Notes: generated from the letters alone by a model not told the origin. 24,029 nucleotides of DNA from a virus (IMGVR_UViG_3300033067_000215:1-24029); one strand, 5' to 3'; counted from the stretch's first letter, positions 1-7,298 are shown. Numbers and translations: made by a program.

Positions 1-485
1 TTTCTTGGTGCACGCTTTGGTTTTGGTTTAGGCTCAACTACTGGATCTTGAACTACAGTTGCCGGTAGAAGACCAGGAAATGTCTCACGCACGATGGACT
101 CGGTGATCGCTGTCCATGTGTTTTGGAGTTCTTTGTCCTTGACTGCGACCATGACTGTTGCTTCGCCAGGATGTAGCGATTCTAGCATACCGATGAACAG
201 TCCTTCGAGCTTTAATTTCGTTAGACCTTGGGGAGGGTTATGCCACAAATAGGCAAGTCGCCGCGTCTCGGAATACAAGTCGTTTTCCGAGGTACCTTTA
301 GGCAACACCATTGCCTTATAGGGAGGGATCCCCGACGGTAGTTTGTACGTTACCGTAGGATCGAAGTTGTGCTGTAGGATCAGTTGTAGCGTTTGACTCT
401 GCTGACTTCGAAGATAGGCTGGAATCTCAGACGCCGGCAATTTGTTAGCCTCGTCTAAGATTTCGTGGATGGCAAGTTTTCTCAT
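1..485 (-). CDS. Conserved T4-like phage hypothetical protein (DUF6433-like), runs off the window edge
   Basis: Manual translation from ATG at 485: MRKLAIHEILDEANK...HNFDPTVTYKLPSGIPPYK...LYSETRRLAY...FIGMLESLHPGEA...VKDKEL. This resembles a family widespread in T4-like phages. A late motif lies upstream at 510-516. Confidence 0.75.
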   Translation of the reverse strand, partial: MRKLAIHEILDEANKLPASEIPAYLRSQQSQTLQLILQHNFDPTVTYKLPSGIPPYKAMVLPKGTSENDLYSETRRLAYLWHNPPQGLTKLKLEGLFIGMLESLHPGEATVMVAVKDKELQNTWTAITESIVRETFPGLLPATVVQDPVVEPKPKPKRAPR

Positions 486-512
486 AGTTCGGACTCCATT
501 CTGTGAGAGTAT

Positions 513-1088
513 TTAGCGAACCACAACCATCGTATGGTACATCGCTATGGCGGCTGCTGAAGACACATTCAAACTGCGAATGACTCCTGGTTGGTCAATC
601 GACAACCAAATCTCGGGCTCGCAATGCTCTTGAGGAATTCCAGATCCCTCTGCTCCAAAAATCAGACATGGCTTGACTCCCGGAATCAGACTATCCGCCA
701 GCGTTTCCAACGGAGCGCCGCCTTGCTCAATGACAATTGGCAGGTATCCATTGATGCGTATGGTCTGGAACATCGAATCCCAATCGAATGGGTCGGTGTC
801 TGTTTGGTATGCATCAACTGGAATGTAGACGTTGCTTCCGACGGCGCTGCGCCGATCCCACTTCCGACGGCCGAAGATGAACACGCGCTCCGCGCACAGG
901 CACGCGGCCGTCCGGACAATGAACCCGATGTTGAGGTCGCCCGTAACGTTCGCCAGCGCGACGCTGTAGCCTAGTGCTTGCGCCTGCGCAATGGACTTGA
1001 CCTCGGCCGTTTCTAGCGCTTGGAACTCATCCTTGACGTTGAATGTAGTCTGCTTTGGAGGCCTATCGTCGCTTGGTGTTGTAGTCAT
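513..1088 (-). CDS. SpoU/TrmH-family (SPOUT) RNA 2'-O-methyltransferase
   Basis: SPOUT motifs NVTGDLNIGFIVRTA, LIFGAEGSGI and IRSLNVSSAAAIAMY. The start was moved from the ORF-track 1175 to ATG 1088 (or 1094) because the longer version lies inside the upstream gene. Confidence 0.88.
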   Translation of the reverse strand: MTTTPSDDRPPKQTTFNVKDEFQALETAEVKSIAQAQALGYSVALANVTGDLNIGFIVRTAACLCAERVFIFGRRKWDRRSAVGSNVYIPVDAYQTDTDPFDWDSMFQTIRINGYLPIVIEQGGAPLETLADSLIPGVKPCLIFGAEGSGIPQEHCEPEIWLSIDQPGVIRSLNVSSAAAIAMYHTMVVVR

Positions 1089-1254
1089 TGACATACCAGC
1101 CAGACCCCACGAAAGACGAGTTAACGATCCCGGGAAGTCGATCAAGCTCGGTACCGCAATCGCGGCATAGAGCATTGAGCGAATCGTTGTAGTTTTTGAA
1201 ACACAACTCTACCATTTTTTCGCAGTTGTTGCAAAAAAAATCCCACCTAGGCAC
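1063..1254 (-). CDS. FmdB-family zinc-ribbon protein
   Basis: MPRWDFFCNNC...CRDCG...FVGSGWYVNDY matches the FmdB CxxC..CxxC..F-x-G-x-G-W/F-Y-x-x-D-Y pattern. Confidence 0.85.
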   Translation of the reverse strand: MPRWDFFCNNCEKMVELCFKNYNDSLNALCRDCGTELDRLPGIVNSSFVGSGWYVNDYNTKRR

Positions 1255-1292
1255 AAAATTCTTTCATGTAGATATTTAGTTGTTATGTATAG

Positions 1293-1368
1293 TGGAGCCA
1301 CGTGCCGGAGTCGAACCAGCAATCTTCCGCTTACGGGGCGGCTGCTTCGCCAATTAAGCTAACATGGC
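1293..1368 (-). tRNA. tRNA-Thr(CGT)
   Basis: Cloverleaf GCCATGT...GCCGC-CCCGTAA-GCGGA...GCTGG-TTCGACT-CCGGC-ACGTGGC-T-CCA with encoded CCA. Confidence 0.88.
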
Positions 1369-1374
1369 ATGAAG

Positions 1375-1448
1375 TGGAGCCAACTGATGGTTATGCTCCA
1401 TCGTCGCCGCATTACCAATGCGGTGCTCTACTATTGAGCTAAGCTGGC
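1375..1448 (-). tRNA. tRNA-Thr(GGT), non-canonical T-loop
   Basis: Acceptor GCCAGCT/AGTTGGC-T-CCA; anticodon arm CCGCA-TTGGTAA-TGCGG; T-arm GATGG-AGCATAA-CCATC. Confidence 0.82.
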
Positions 1449-1462
1449 GCGATTTGAAATTG

Positions 1463-1654
1463 TTAGATACTAGCGAATCGAACTCGTTGGTGTTCTCGAA
1501 CGTAACCCGAATCGAGTTTGATAGAACCAAAAACCTTTGTGACCAACCAACCGTTATCACCAATCAACTTCAAATATCGCCCGGTCTCGGCAAATTTGAC
1601 TGGAATCCATGCTGTTATATTTGTGTTATCTTTTACTAATTGGCATTGAATCAT
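1463..1654 (-). CDS. Small hypothetical protein within the tRNA cluster
   Basis: MIQCQLVKDNTNITAWIPVKFAETGRYLKL...; AAGGA lies 5 nt upstream of ATG 1654, and the ORF fills the gap between tRNA elements. Confidence 0.65.
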   Translation of the reverse strand: MIQCQLVKDNTNITAWIPVKFAETGRYLKLIGDNGWLVTKVFGSIKLDSGYVREHQRVRFASI

Positions 1655-1669
1655 AAACATCCTTTGAAA

Positions 1670-1780
1670 TGGTGGAGCTACCCGGTATTTCGACCAGTTC
1701 TGAAGCCCATGAAATTGGTGCATCTTGATAGAATCGACCCTACTATGTAGCCGTCGCTATCCGTCCTTCGGTCAGCCCAC
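1670..1780 (-). pseudogene. Two degenerate tRNA-like remnants
   Basis: Two ACCA-terminated 3' halves (..CTGGTCGAAATACCGGGTAGCTCCACCA ending at 1670 and ..GTCGATTCTATCAAGATGCACCA ending at 1716), neither with a complete cloverleaf. Confidence 0.5.
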
Positions 1781-1784
1781 AAAA

Positions 1785-1859
1785 TGGTCCCGGTGTGAGG
1801 AATCGAACCTCAGTCTGTAGGGCCACAACCTATCGTTCTACCACTGAACTACCCCGGGA
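1785..1859 (-). tRNA. tRNA-His(GTG) with U-1/A73
   Basis: (T)CCCGGGG...ATAGG-TTGTGGC-CCTAC...TGAGG-TTCGATT-CCTCA-CACCGGG-A-CCA. Confidence 0.88.
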
Positions 1860-1937
1860 TGGTGCGTCCGGAAGGACTCGAACCTTCAAATCTCTTGGTT
1901 CGTAGCCAAGGATCCTATCCAATTGAACGACGGACGC
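1860..1937 (-). tRNA. tRNA-Arg(ACG)
   Basis: Acceptor GCGTCCG/CGGACGC-A-CCA; anticodon arm CTTGG-CTACGAA-CCAAG; T-loop TTCGAGT. Confidence 0.93.
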
Positions 1938-1946
1938 ATGAAAATG

Positions 1947-2150
1947 TTAGGTTGGTGGGCGCAATGTTCCTATGAACTGTATATCGGCAGGTACGGTCAA
2001 ATTGCCGTGGTTATCATGGAGAACCAACAACCGTTCTTTAGGAATTACTAGACTTTCGTTGTTAAGAGGTTCAACCATTTCTGGTTCGAATGTGTTGAAC
2101 GTTTCCATGCTAACCGAAAACCCTAGTTGCATGTATTTTTCATCTAACAT
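1947..2150 (-). CDS. Small hypothetical protein
   Basis: 67-aa ORF that fills the gap between two tRNAs on the same strand. Confidence 0.55.
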   Translation of the reverse strand: MLDEKYMQLGFSVSMETFNTFEPEMVEPLNNESLVIPKERLLVLHDNHGNLTVPADIQFIGTLRPPT

Positions 2151-2158
2151 ATGTGTAA

Positions 2159-2233
2159 TGGTGCACCCAGAAGGAGTTGAACCCTCATCTTATGGTCCGA
2201 AGCCATAGGTCCTATCCGTTGAACGACAGGTGC
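2159..2233 (-). tRNA. tRNA-Arg(TCG)
   Basis: Acceptor GCACCTG/TGGGTGC-A-CCA; anticodon arm TATGG-CTTCGGA-CCATA. Confidence 0.92.
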
Positions 2234-2238
2234 GAAAA

Positions 2239-2312
2239 TGGTGCTCCGTGAGTGAATCGAACACCCATAATCAGCGTGTAAAACTGACGTTCTACCATTG
2301 AACTAACGGAGC
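2239..2312 (-). tRNA. tRNA-Val(TAC)
   Basis: Acceptor GCTCCGT/ACGGAGC-A-CCA; anticodon arm TCAGT-TTTACAC-GCTGA. Confidence 0.92.
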
Positions 2313-2318
2313 GAAATG

Positions 2319-2392
2319 TGGTCGAAGATCATGGAATCGAACCATGGTCTCAGCCTTATCAGGGCCGTGTACTACCGTTGTACTAATCTTCG
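2319..2392 (-). tRNA. tRNA-Ile(GAT)
   Basis: Acceptor CGAAGAT/ATCTTCG-A-CCA; anticodon arm CGGCC-CTGATAA-GGCTG. Confidence 0.92.
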
Positions 2393-2691
2393 TTTTGCTT
2401 TTCTAACTCAATGATCCTACGTGTTATTTCAGATAAAGCATCATTTCTGGTCTGCCCAAGATATTGTGGGTAATCTACGTTCACGATCACCCCATTGATA
2501 ATTAACGGCTTCTCGGGTTTAGGCCTAAACAGATGATCTTGTGCGGCAATATGACGCACTAATTTATCACTTATCTTAAGATGGTCGTAATGTTTCTTGC
2601 CAACACAGATAGCATCATACAAACGAGTTTCGCGAATTTTTTCCAGTGCCGCGATGAATGGGAATAGTAACTTGTATCTGATATTGTTCAC
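2383..2691 (-). CDS. Hypothetical protein
   Basis: Probable GTG start at 2691, 8 nt below the CTAAATA motif. The last codons overlap tRNA-Ile. Confidence 0.6.
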   Translation of the reverse strand: MNNIRYKLLFPFIAALEKIRETRLYDAICVGKKHYDHLKISDKLVRHIAAQDHLFRPKPEKPLIINGVIVNVDYPQYLGQTRNDALSEITRRIIELEKQNED

Positions 2692-2698
2692 GTTTATC

Positions 2699-3112
2699 CT
2701 ATTTAGGCCACACGTACGGTTCCCATGCGAGCGAACCAAACTGTGGTGCGTAATGCTCTGGAAGCTTCTTGACTAGATTGGCACGATGCGACCGATGAAA
2801 ATTGTCGTTGCCTAGCCATTCAGGATCAGTGTTACCTACTGGTAAAATCGACCACATGGTCCTTACCTTATCCAGTACGGTATCCTTGTATCCTCGTGAT
2901 CTCCATTCATTACATATTGTCACGGTGTAATCTAACAGTTCCGCTTCGTGACCGCGCCACATTCTAGTTGCTGGATGGTTTTTCCAACCTTCAGAAATTC
3001 CTAGAAGTGTACGTAAAATTTGGTAACACTCGACTCGCTGTTTGCCGAGTCTGCGCATGTCTAATGATTTGGCAGACTTATCAAACTCTGGGTACGGTAG
3101 AAATGTTTGCAT
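2699..3112 (-). CDS. Pyrimidine-dimer glycosylase/DenV-like (MSMEG_6728 family) protein
   Basis: MQTFLPY..F..SA..LD.RRLGKQRVECYQIL...GWKNHPATRMWRG...HRSHRANL...Y.WP signature. Confidence 0.88.
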   Translation of the reverse strand: MQTFLPYPEFDKSAKSLDMRRLGKQRVECYQILRTLLGISEGWKNHPATRMWRGHEAELLDYTVTICNEWRSRGYKDTVLDKVRTMWSILPVGNTDPEWLGNDNFHRSHRANLVKKLPEHYAPQFGSLAWEPYVWPK

Positions 3113-3258
3113 TAGGGAGTCTTATACTTGCGAGTTATCCAGATGAATGGACTCCAAATGTCGAATGTCGACCAGTATATACGACGAAGGTACAAACGTC
3201 TACCCATAAACGATGTAGTAGCCGAATATTTCCACGGTTTGAATGAAATGCCTATCAT
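3112..3258 (-). CDS. 48-aa hypothetical protein (below the ORF-track cutoff)
   Basis: MIGISFKPWKYSATTSFMGRRLYLRRIYWSTFDIWSPFIWITRKYKTP*. It fills the gap exactly and ends in a TAATG overlap with the next gene. Confidence 0.55.
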   Translation of the reverse strand: MIGISFKPWKYSATTSFMGRRLYLRRIYWSTFDIWSPFIWITRKYKTP

Positions 3259-3266
3259 AGTCTCGA

Positions 3267-3341
3267 TGGTAGTCGCGCCAGGAATCGAACCTAGAACTTA
3301 TAGTTAGGAGCTATACGTGATGTCCGTTTCACCACGCGGCC
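3267..3341 (-). tRNA. tRNA-Arg(CCT)
   Basis: Acceptor GGCCGCG/CGCGACT-A-CCA (one mismatch); anticodon arm TATAG-CTCCTAA-CTATA; T-loop TTCGATT. Confidence 0.88.
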
Positions 3342-3344
3342 GTG

Positions 3345-3542
3345 TTACGCGGCGTTCTTTTTGAGCGTAGGGTACAATGTGAAGCAGACTTTGCTGCAAA
3401 ACACACCTGTGTCCCATTCACCAGTTTCGCTGCGATACTGCCAGTTACGATCTTCGCCATCGGCAGTAGGCCGAGACCGTCCGCAAGACTGACAAGGCCT
3501 AAACTTGGACCCCATAACTGCTCGACGATGTTCGGACGCCAT
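3345..3542 (-). CDS. Small putative Zn-finger protein
   Basis: CQSC...FCSKVC cysteine pairs; first sizeable ORF downstream of the sigma70 promoter at 3578-3606. Confidence 0.6.
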   Translation of the reverse strand: MASEHRRAVMGSKFRPCQSCGRSRPTADGEDRNWQYRSETGEWDTGVFCSKVCFTLYPTLKKNAA

Positions 3543-3577
3543 TACTTGTTGCGTTCTGTTTGGTTGATCATGAACGT

Positions 3578-3606
3578 ATTGTACAGAAGTTATCGTGGTT
3601 TGTCAA
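3578..3606 (-). promoter_or_regulatory. Sigma70-type promoter for the left tRNA cluster
   Basis: TTGACA-17 nt-TACAAT. Confidence 0.8.
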
Positions 3607-4696
3607 CCACTTTCTTGGACTCTTTTTCGAGATACGCATTCGACAACAAAGATGCCGGAATTTCAGACGCTCGTTCTGGATTGCCGGCTTTGGCCGCTGC
3701 CTTTAGTATGCCGTTTGGTGTCTGTTTGATTTTCGGCATCTTCTTCGATGGTTTTAGGAATAGAGGTGCCGCTTTAAGCTCTGTATTAAGATCACTCAAT
3801 TCGGGAACAGAATTGGCGGCGACTGGTGTTTCTTGCACACCACTCATAACGCTCTCCAACGGTGTTGGACCGGTTTCCAGTTGAGCGCTATCTCTCAGTG
3901 CGCCCAGCGATGTTGGACCGTTCTGAGTCGATTTCTGCGCTTCGATTTGCTTGAAAAGAATGTTTGCCGCAATGAGCATCATGATGGCCATTGGATCAAA
4001 GACAGACATAAGAAGTATGATGAGCCAAACGATAGCCTTTTGAATGGTTTCAACCGAATCGTTGCCATAGATCGCTTGTGCGACATATCGAAGAGGCCCA
4101 ATATCTGCTGTGGCTTTGCCAAATTCTGCTTTCTTGGCAATCTGCTCCGTTTTCACCGCACGGAGTTCTTCACCGACTCGCTTGATGTCCGCGAATAGCT
4201 GAGTCTTCTTAGCAGACGTTTCGCGTTGAACTTGAACGGCGCCATTTTCTCTCGTCAGTCGATACGATGCGCCGAGTTGATCGACGAGTTTGTTGGACTG
4301 CGCCGAAATGCTGTCTACTTCGCGGTTGAGTCGATTGAGTTCCGCAGTGAGACCTGCTTCTCGTTGCGCGATTTCGTCTAGCGTCATCTTAGCGGTGATG
4401 GATGTGGTTTCCATGTCTACGTGCGAGAGATACCCAAAGATTCCCAATGAAGTAATTACCATCAAGAGTATGGTAGCAGTGTAGAAGTACATTCGCACTG
4501 GTTTGGATGCAAGATGGCGAAACCGGTACAACCAGGCAACGGCCACGAGCTTCGACACTTCGAGCGCGGCGCCCAAAGCAACAACTGCGCGGAAAGAGCC
4601 AGCGAAAATCATGGCCAATCCGACGACTGAAAAGAACCCTGCTAGGCTAGAAAGCAGAAGTCCACAAAGAAAAGTTGTCCAGGCATAAAATCTCAT
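3590..4696 (-). CDS. Membrane protein with a central coiled coil (conserved large-phage hypothetical)
   Basis: Three N-terminal hydrophobic helices, LEVSKL motif, coiled coil, IGPLRYVA, a further TM segment ending VFDPMAI, and a low-complexity tail. Confidence 0.85.
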   Translation of the reverse strand: MRFYAWTTFLCGLLLSSLAGFFSVVGLAMIFAGSFRAVVALGAALEVSKLVAVAWLYRFRHLASKPVRMYFYTATILLMVITSLGIFGYLSHVDMETTSITAKMTLDEIAQREAGLTAELNRLNREVDSISAQSNKLVDQLGASYRLTRENGAVQVQRETSAKKTQLFADIKRVGEELRAVKTEQIAKKAEFGKATADIGPLRYVAQAIYGNDSVETIQKAIVWLIILLMSVFDPMAIMMLIAANILFKQIEAQKSTQNGPTSLGALRDSAQLETGPTPLESVMSGVQETPVAANSVPELSDLNTELKAAPLFLKPSKKMPKIKQTPNGILKAAAKAGNPERASEIPASLLSNAYLEKESKKVVDKPR

Positions 4697-4701
4697 ACTG
4701 T

Positions 4702-4710
4702 ATTATAACA
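4702..4710 (-). promoter_or_regulatory. Extended -10 promoter
   Basis: TGTTATAAT located 5 nt above ATG 4696; no clear -35. Confidence 0.55.
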
Positions 4711-5613
4711 CTACTTGGCTAGCTTGTTGTATGTTTGCATTACCTGATTCCAACGTGCGTCTGTGTCTACGTACTTCTTCAATGCAGCTTTGGCCGCAGC
4801 TTTTTGTTCGGGAGTAACACCTTTGCGTTTGTTTGCCGTATCCTTGAGCGCTTGGAGTTCATAGTCCCTCTGCACTTGTTTGGCAGTCTCGATACCTAGA
4901 CTGTTCTTGATAGCGTCGATGACGATGTATGCTCCGCTCCCGAGACCAACAAGCAATTGGCTGATGGCGCCCAAATCTTCGTTTAGAGAGATTGGTTGCG
5001 TTGACTCTTTGCCTTCGTTGATTGATTCTTCGATGCCATGTGTTTTGCTAGCCCATGCCTTCAATGCCTTCTCGTTCTTCTTGCCCTTGATTAGCTTGAA
5101 GAACTGAGTGTCGATGGCATTACGCTTTTCTGCGCTGGTGAATGTACTATAGCCAGACTGTGCTTTGGCAGCCGCCGCAGCTTGCTTGAAAATCGTTTCC
5201 CCGTCACCCTCTTCCGCGGCTTCTGTCAGCCCGGCAGTAACGCCTACCTTTTTCCTAGGATCGAACTTGAGAATTTTGGTTGCCGCATCTTGCATGTCCT
5301 TGACTACACTCTTGCGCATACCAAACCATGATCGGTCTCCCGCGATGGTTTCAATTTTGCCATTGCTGATACTGAAGATGGCATTCCGTGAGTTTTGAAA
5401 TATGCCGTGATTCCACTCGCTTCGCGGATCCGCAGATACTCTCACGGCCAAAGAAGCTCGGGCCTCGCCACCCAACGTTTGCCGAATTACTTGCGCGTAT
5501 GGTAGTGCTGATGTTAGCGCGAGTTCGAGTGCTAGTCGATCAGCTTCGGAATATGCAATGTAATCACCAGATACGGCCTCTTTGATCAGACTTACGATTT
5601 CTGAATTTTTCAT
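4711..5613 (-). CDS. Putative internal head (ejected) protein
   Basis: 300 aa, Ala/Lys-rich, with repeated (I/L)-x-E sites (IKE, LTE, IEE, INE, LNE). It is coupled to the upstream gene by a TAATG overlap. Confidence 0.7.
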   Translation of the reverse strand: MKNSEIVSLIKEAVSGDYIAYSEADRLALELALTSALPYAQVIRQTLGGEARASLAVRVSADPRSEWNHGIFQNSRNAIFSISNGKIETIAGDRSWFGMRKSVVKDMQDAATKILKFDPRKKVGVTAGLTEAAEEGDGETIFKQAAAAAKAQSGYSTFTSAEKRNAIDTQFFKLIKGKKNEKALKAWASKTHGIEESINEGKESTQPISLNEDLGAISQLLVGLGSGAYIVIDAIKNSLGIETAKQVQRDYELQALKDTANKRKGVTPEQKAAAKAALKKYVDTDARWNQVMQTYNKLAK

Positions 5614-7298
5614 TAGTGATTGTTCCTTGCAATCGCGTCGATGGTTTCCTGACTGTAGTTGTGTTTAGCAAATTCTGCTTGCGCGATTTCAGACAAACGC
5701 TTTTCTAGACCAAACTGCAAGTTGCCAGTATCGACAATACTATTTCCCAATGACCAATAGTTACCACCGCGGTACGTCCAAATTCGTAGGTCTGGCCGCC
5801 CTGGAAACGTCAGTACGAATTTAAGGACCTGGTCGCCTTGGATGTTCTTGATTTCTGTACGGTCGTAATAGTAGCCGAATTTTCTAGCAGAGTTTGCAAA
5901 TGGATGTACCTGTTCTGGGCTTTCATTGAGACGTGATATATTCTCGATGATTGCCTTTGCCATGTTCTTTGGAAGAGGCTTTACCGATTCAGGAATCCAT
6001 GCGTCTGCGCCAAGCACAAAATCCGATTCCACTCCGAGTGCCTTAAGCATTTCGAGCTTCTTCGCTATCGCAGGCCAACTTTCCTTCTTATATCTAGTCA
6101 TATTGATTTGGTCGATGATGTGATTCAGCATGTCAACTGGTTGACGCATTTGCAGAATCTCGGCAGTCCATCGCGGTGCTACTTCGTTGGCAAACGCAAT
6201 CACTGCCTGTCGTTGAAGCTCGTAAGGCGCAGCTTCTTTGAGATTGCGCTTAAATTCGTTGGTAATAGATTTTGGATCCGCTGATTCATTCTGAAGCGAT
6301 CTTTTCATGTGCCAACTCTTATCCAATACTCCAGCGGCGTGACAGTCCTTGTGATGCCCGCAGTTGATACAGAACGAGTATGGTTTGTTACCAGCGTCCT
6401 TGAAGGAATCACATACCTTCCACGACTCACCACATTCGGGACAAGTCTTGCCAATTGGTTCTCGGTCGCTGCCTGGGTTGTATGCTTCGGAAATCTTTGC
6501 TTTTGCCATGGTGGTTCCTGTTTGTGATTCTCTAAAGTCTGACCGATAATATCGGATTGGTTTATTTTGTTGCTTGCAAACTCGGCATACATCTCCGAGT
6601 TCGAGCGGTTTCATTGCTTTCTTGCCGCATGCCAAACAAAATTTGCCTGGGGTAGGAACAGGAGCAGGCGGGACTTCTATCTTGGGTGTATGCTGACCGT
6701 AATATTCCGCACGAGCCCGGGCGTTTCGTTTGTCTTGATCTGGATTGCCTACAAACATTTCTACCACCACCGTTGAAAATGGAATGGTAGTGTCACTATT
6801 CGACAGCCATTCTTTGAAGTTGACTAATGACACTTCGGTTACGTTCTGCAACCGAGCAGGTCCGTAGCCATCGGAAAATCCTGCGTGGTAAGTAGCAATT
6901 GCGGACTCCCGCGAATCAAATGCTAACATAGCTTTGATTTCATCGAAGGTTCCATCAAGTCGTTGTTGATCGACGACATATATGACGTTAGAATCTAACG
7001 AGTCGCCTAAGTAGCAATCGACTTCTTCGCCATCAGATGATTCTGAGCGCTTGATATACCCATAGTGCGCGGGGAAGTCACTAACTTCCCACGAACCGTC
7101 GTGCGCAGTTCGTGTGCCGCCTTTTGGCGTTTCGATGGCTATGGATAGCCCTTTCCAGTTAACGTGGCCCTTTGGGTAGTTGCCGGAAAGACGTTGAGAT
7201 GGAGTCAGGACGGGAATTTTGCTAGCTTCTGCCGCAACATCAGCGGGTGAGACCGCGATGATTTCCTCGACAATTGATTTCCATTGAGACTTTGCCAT
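5613..7298 (-). CDS. Multidomain protein: inorganic-pyrophosphatase-like (polyvalent-protein InPase type) domain, two Zn ribbons and unknown domains; putative head-packaged polyprotein
   Basis: GNYPKGH...IAIETPKG..R...YGYIKR...DGEEVDCYLG...VVDQ...FDEIK motif, plus CLAC/CRVC and CPEC/CINC pairs. A late motif lies 6 nt upstream. Confidence 0.8.
   Translation of the reverse strand: MAKSQWKSIVEEIIAVSPADVAAEASKIPVLTPSQRLSGNYPKGHVNWKGLSIAIETPKGGTRTAHDGSWEVSDFPAHYGYIKRSESSDGEEVDCYLGDSLDSNVIYVVDQQRLDGTFDEIKAMLAFDSRESAIATYHAGFSDGYGPARLQNVTEVSLVNFKEWLSNSDTTIPFSTVVVEMFVGNPDQDKRNARARAEYYGQHTPKIEVPPAPVPTPGKFCLACGKKAMKPLELGDVCRVCKQQNKPIRYYRSDFRESQTGTTMAKAKISEAYNPGSDREPIGKTCPECGESWKVCDSFKDAGNKPYSFCINCGHHKDCHAAGVLDKSWHMKRSLQNESADPKSITNEFKRNLKEAAPYELQRQAVIAFANEVAPRWTAEILQMRQPVDMLNHIIDQINMTRYKKESWPAIAKKLEMLKALGVESDFVLGADAWIPESVKPLPKNMAKAIIENISRLNESPEQVHPFANSARKFGYYYDRTEIKNIQGDQVLKFVLTFPGRPDLRIWTYRGGNYWSLGNSIVDTGNLQFGLEKRLSEIAQAEFAKHNYSQETIDAIARNNH

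Noticed and set aside
1670-1780. Intact tmRNA
   Set aside because: The ends resemble tmRNA, but only ~110 nt are enclosed, with no room for a tag ORF or pseudoknots.
1293-2392. CRISPR or tandem repeat array suggested by recurring tggtg..tcgaacc strings
   Set aside because: The recurrences are tRNA 3' ends and T-loops, not identical repeats with spacers.
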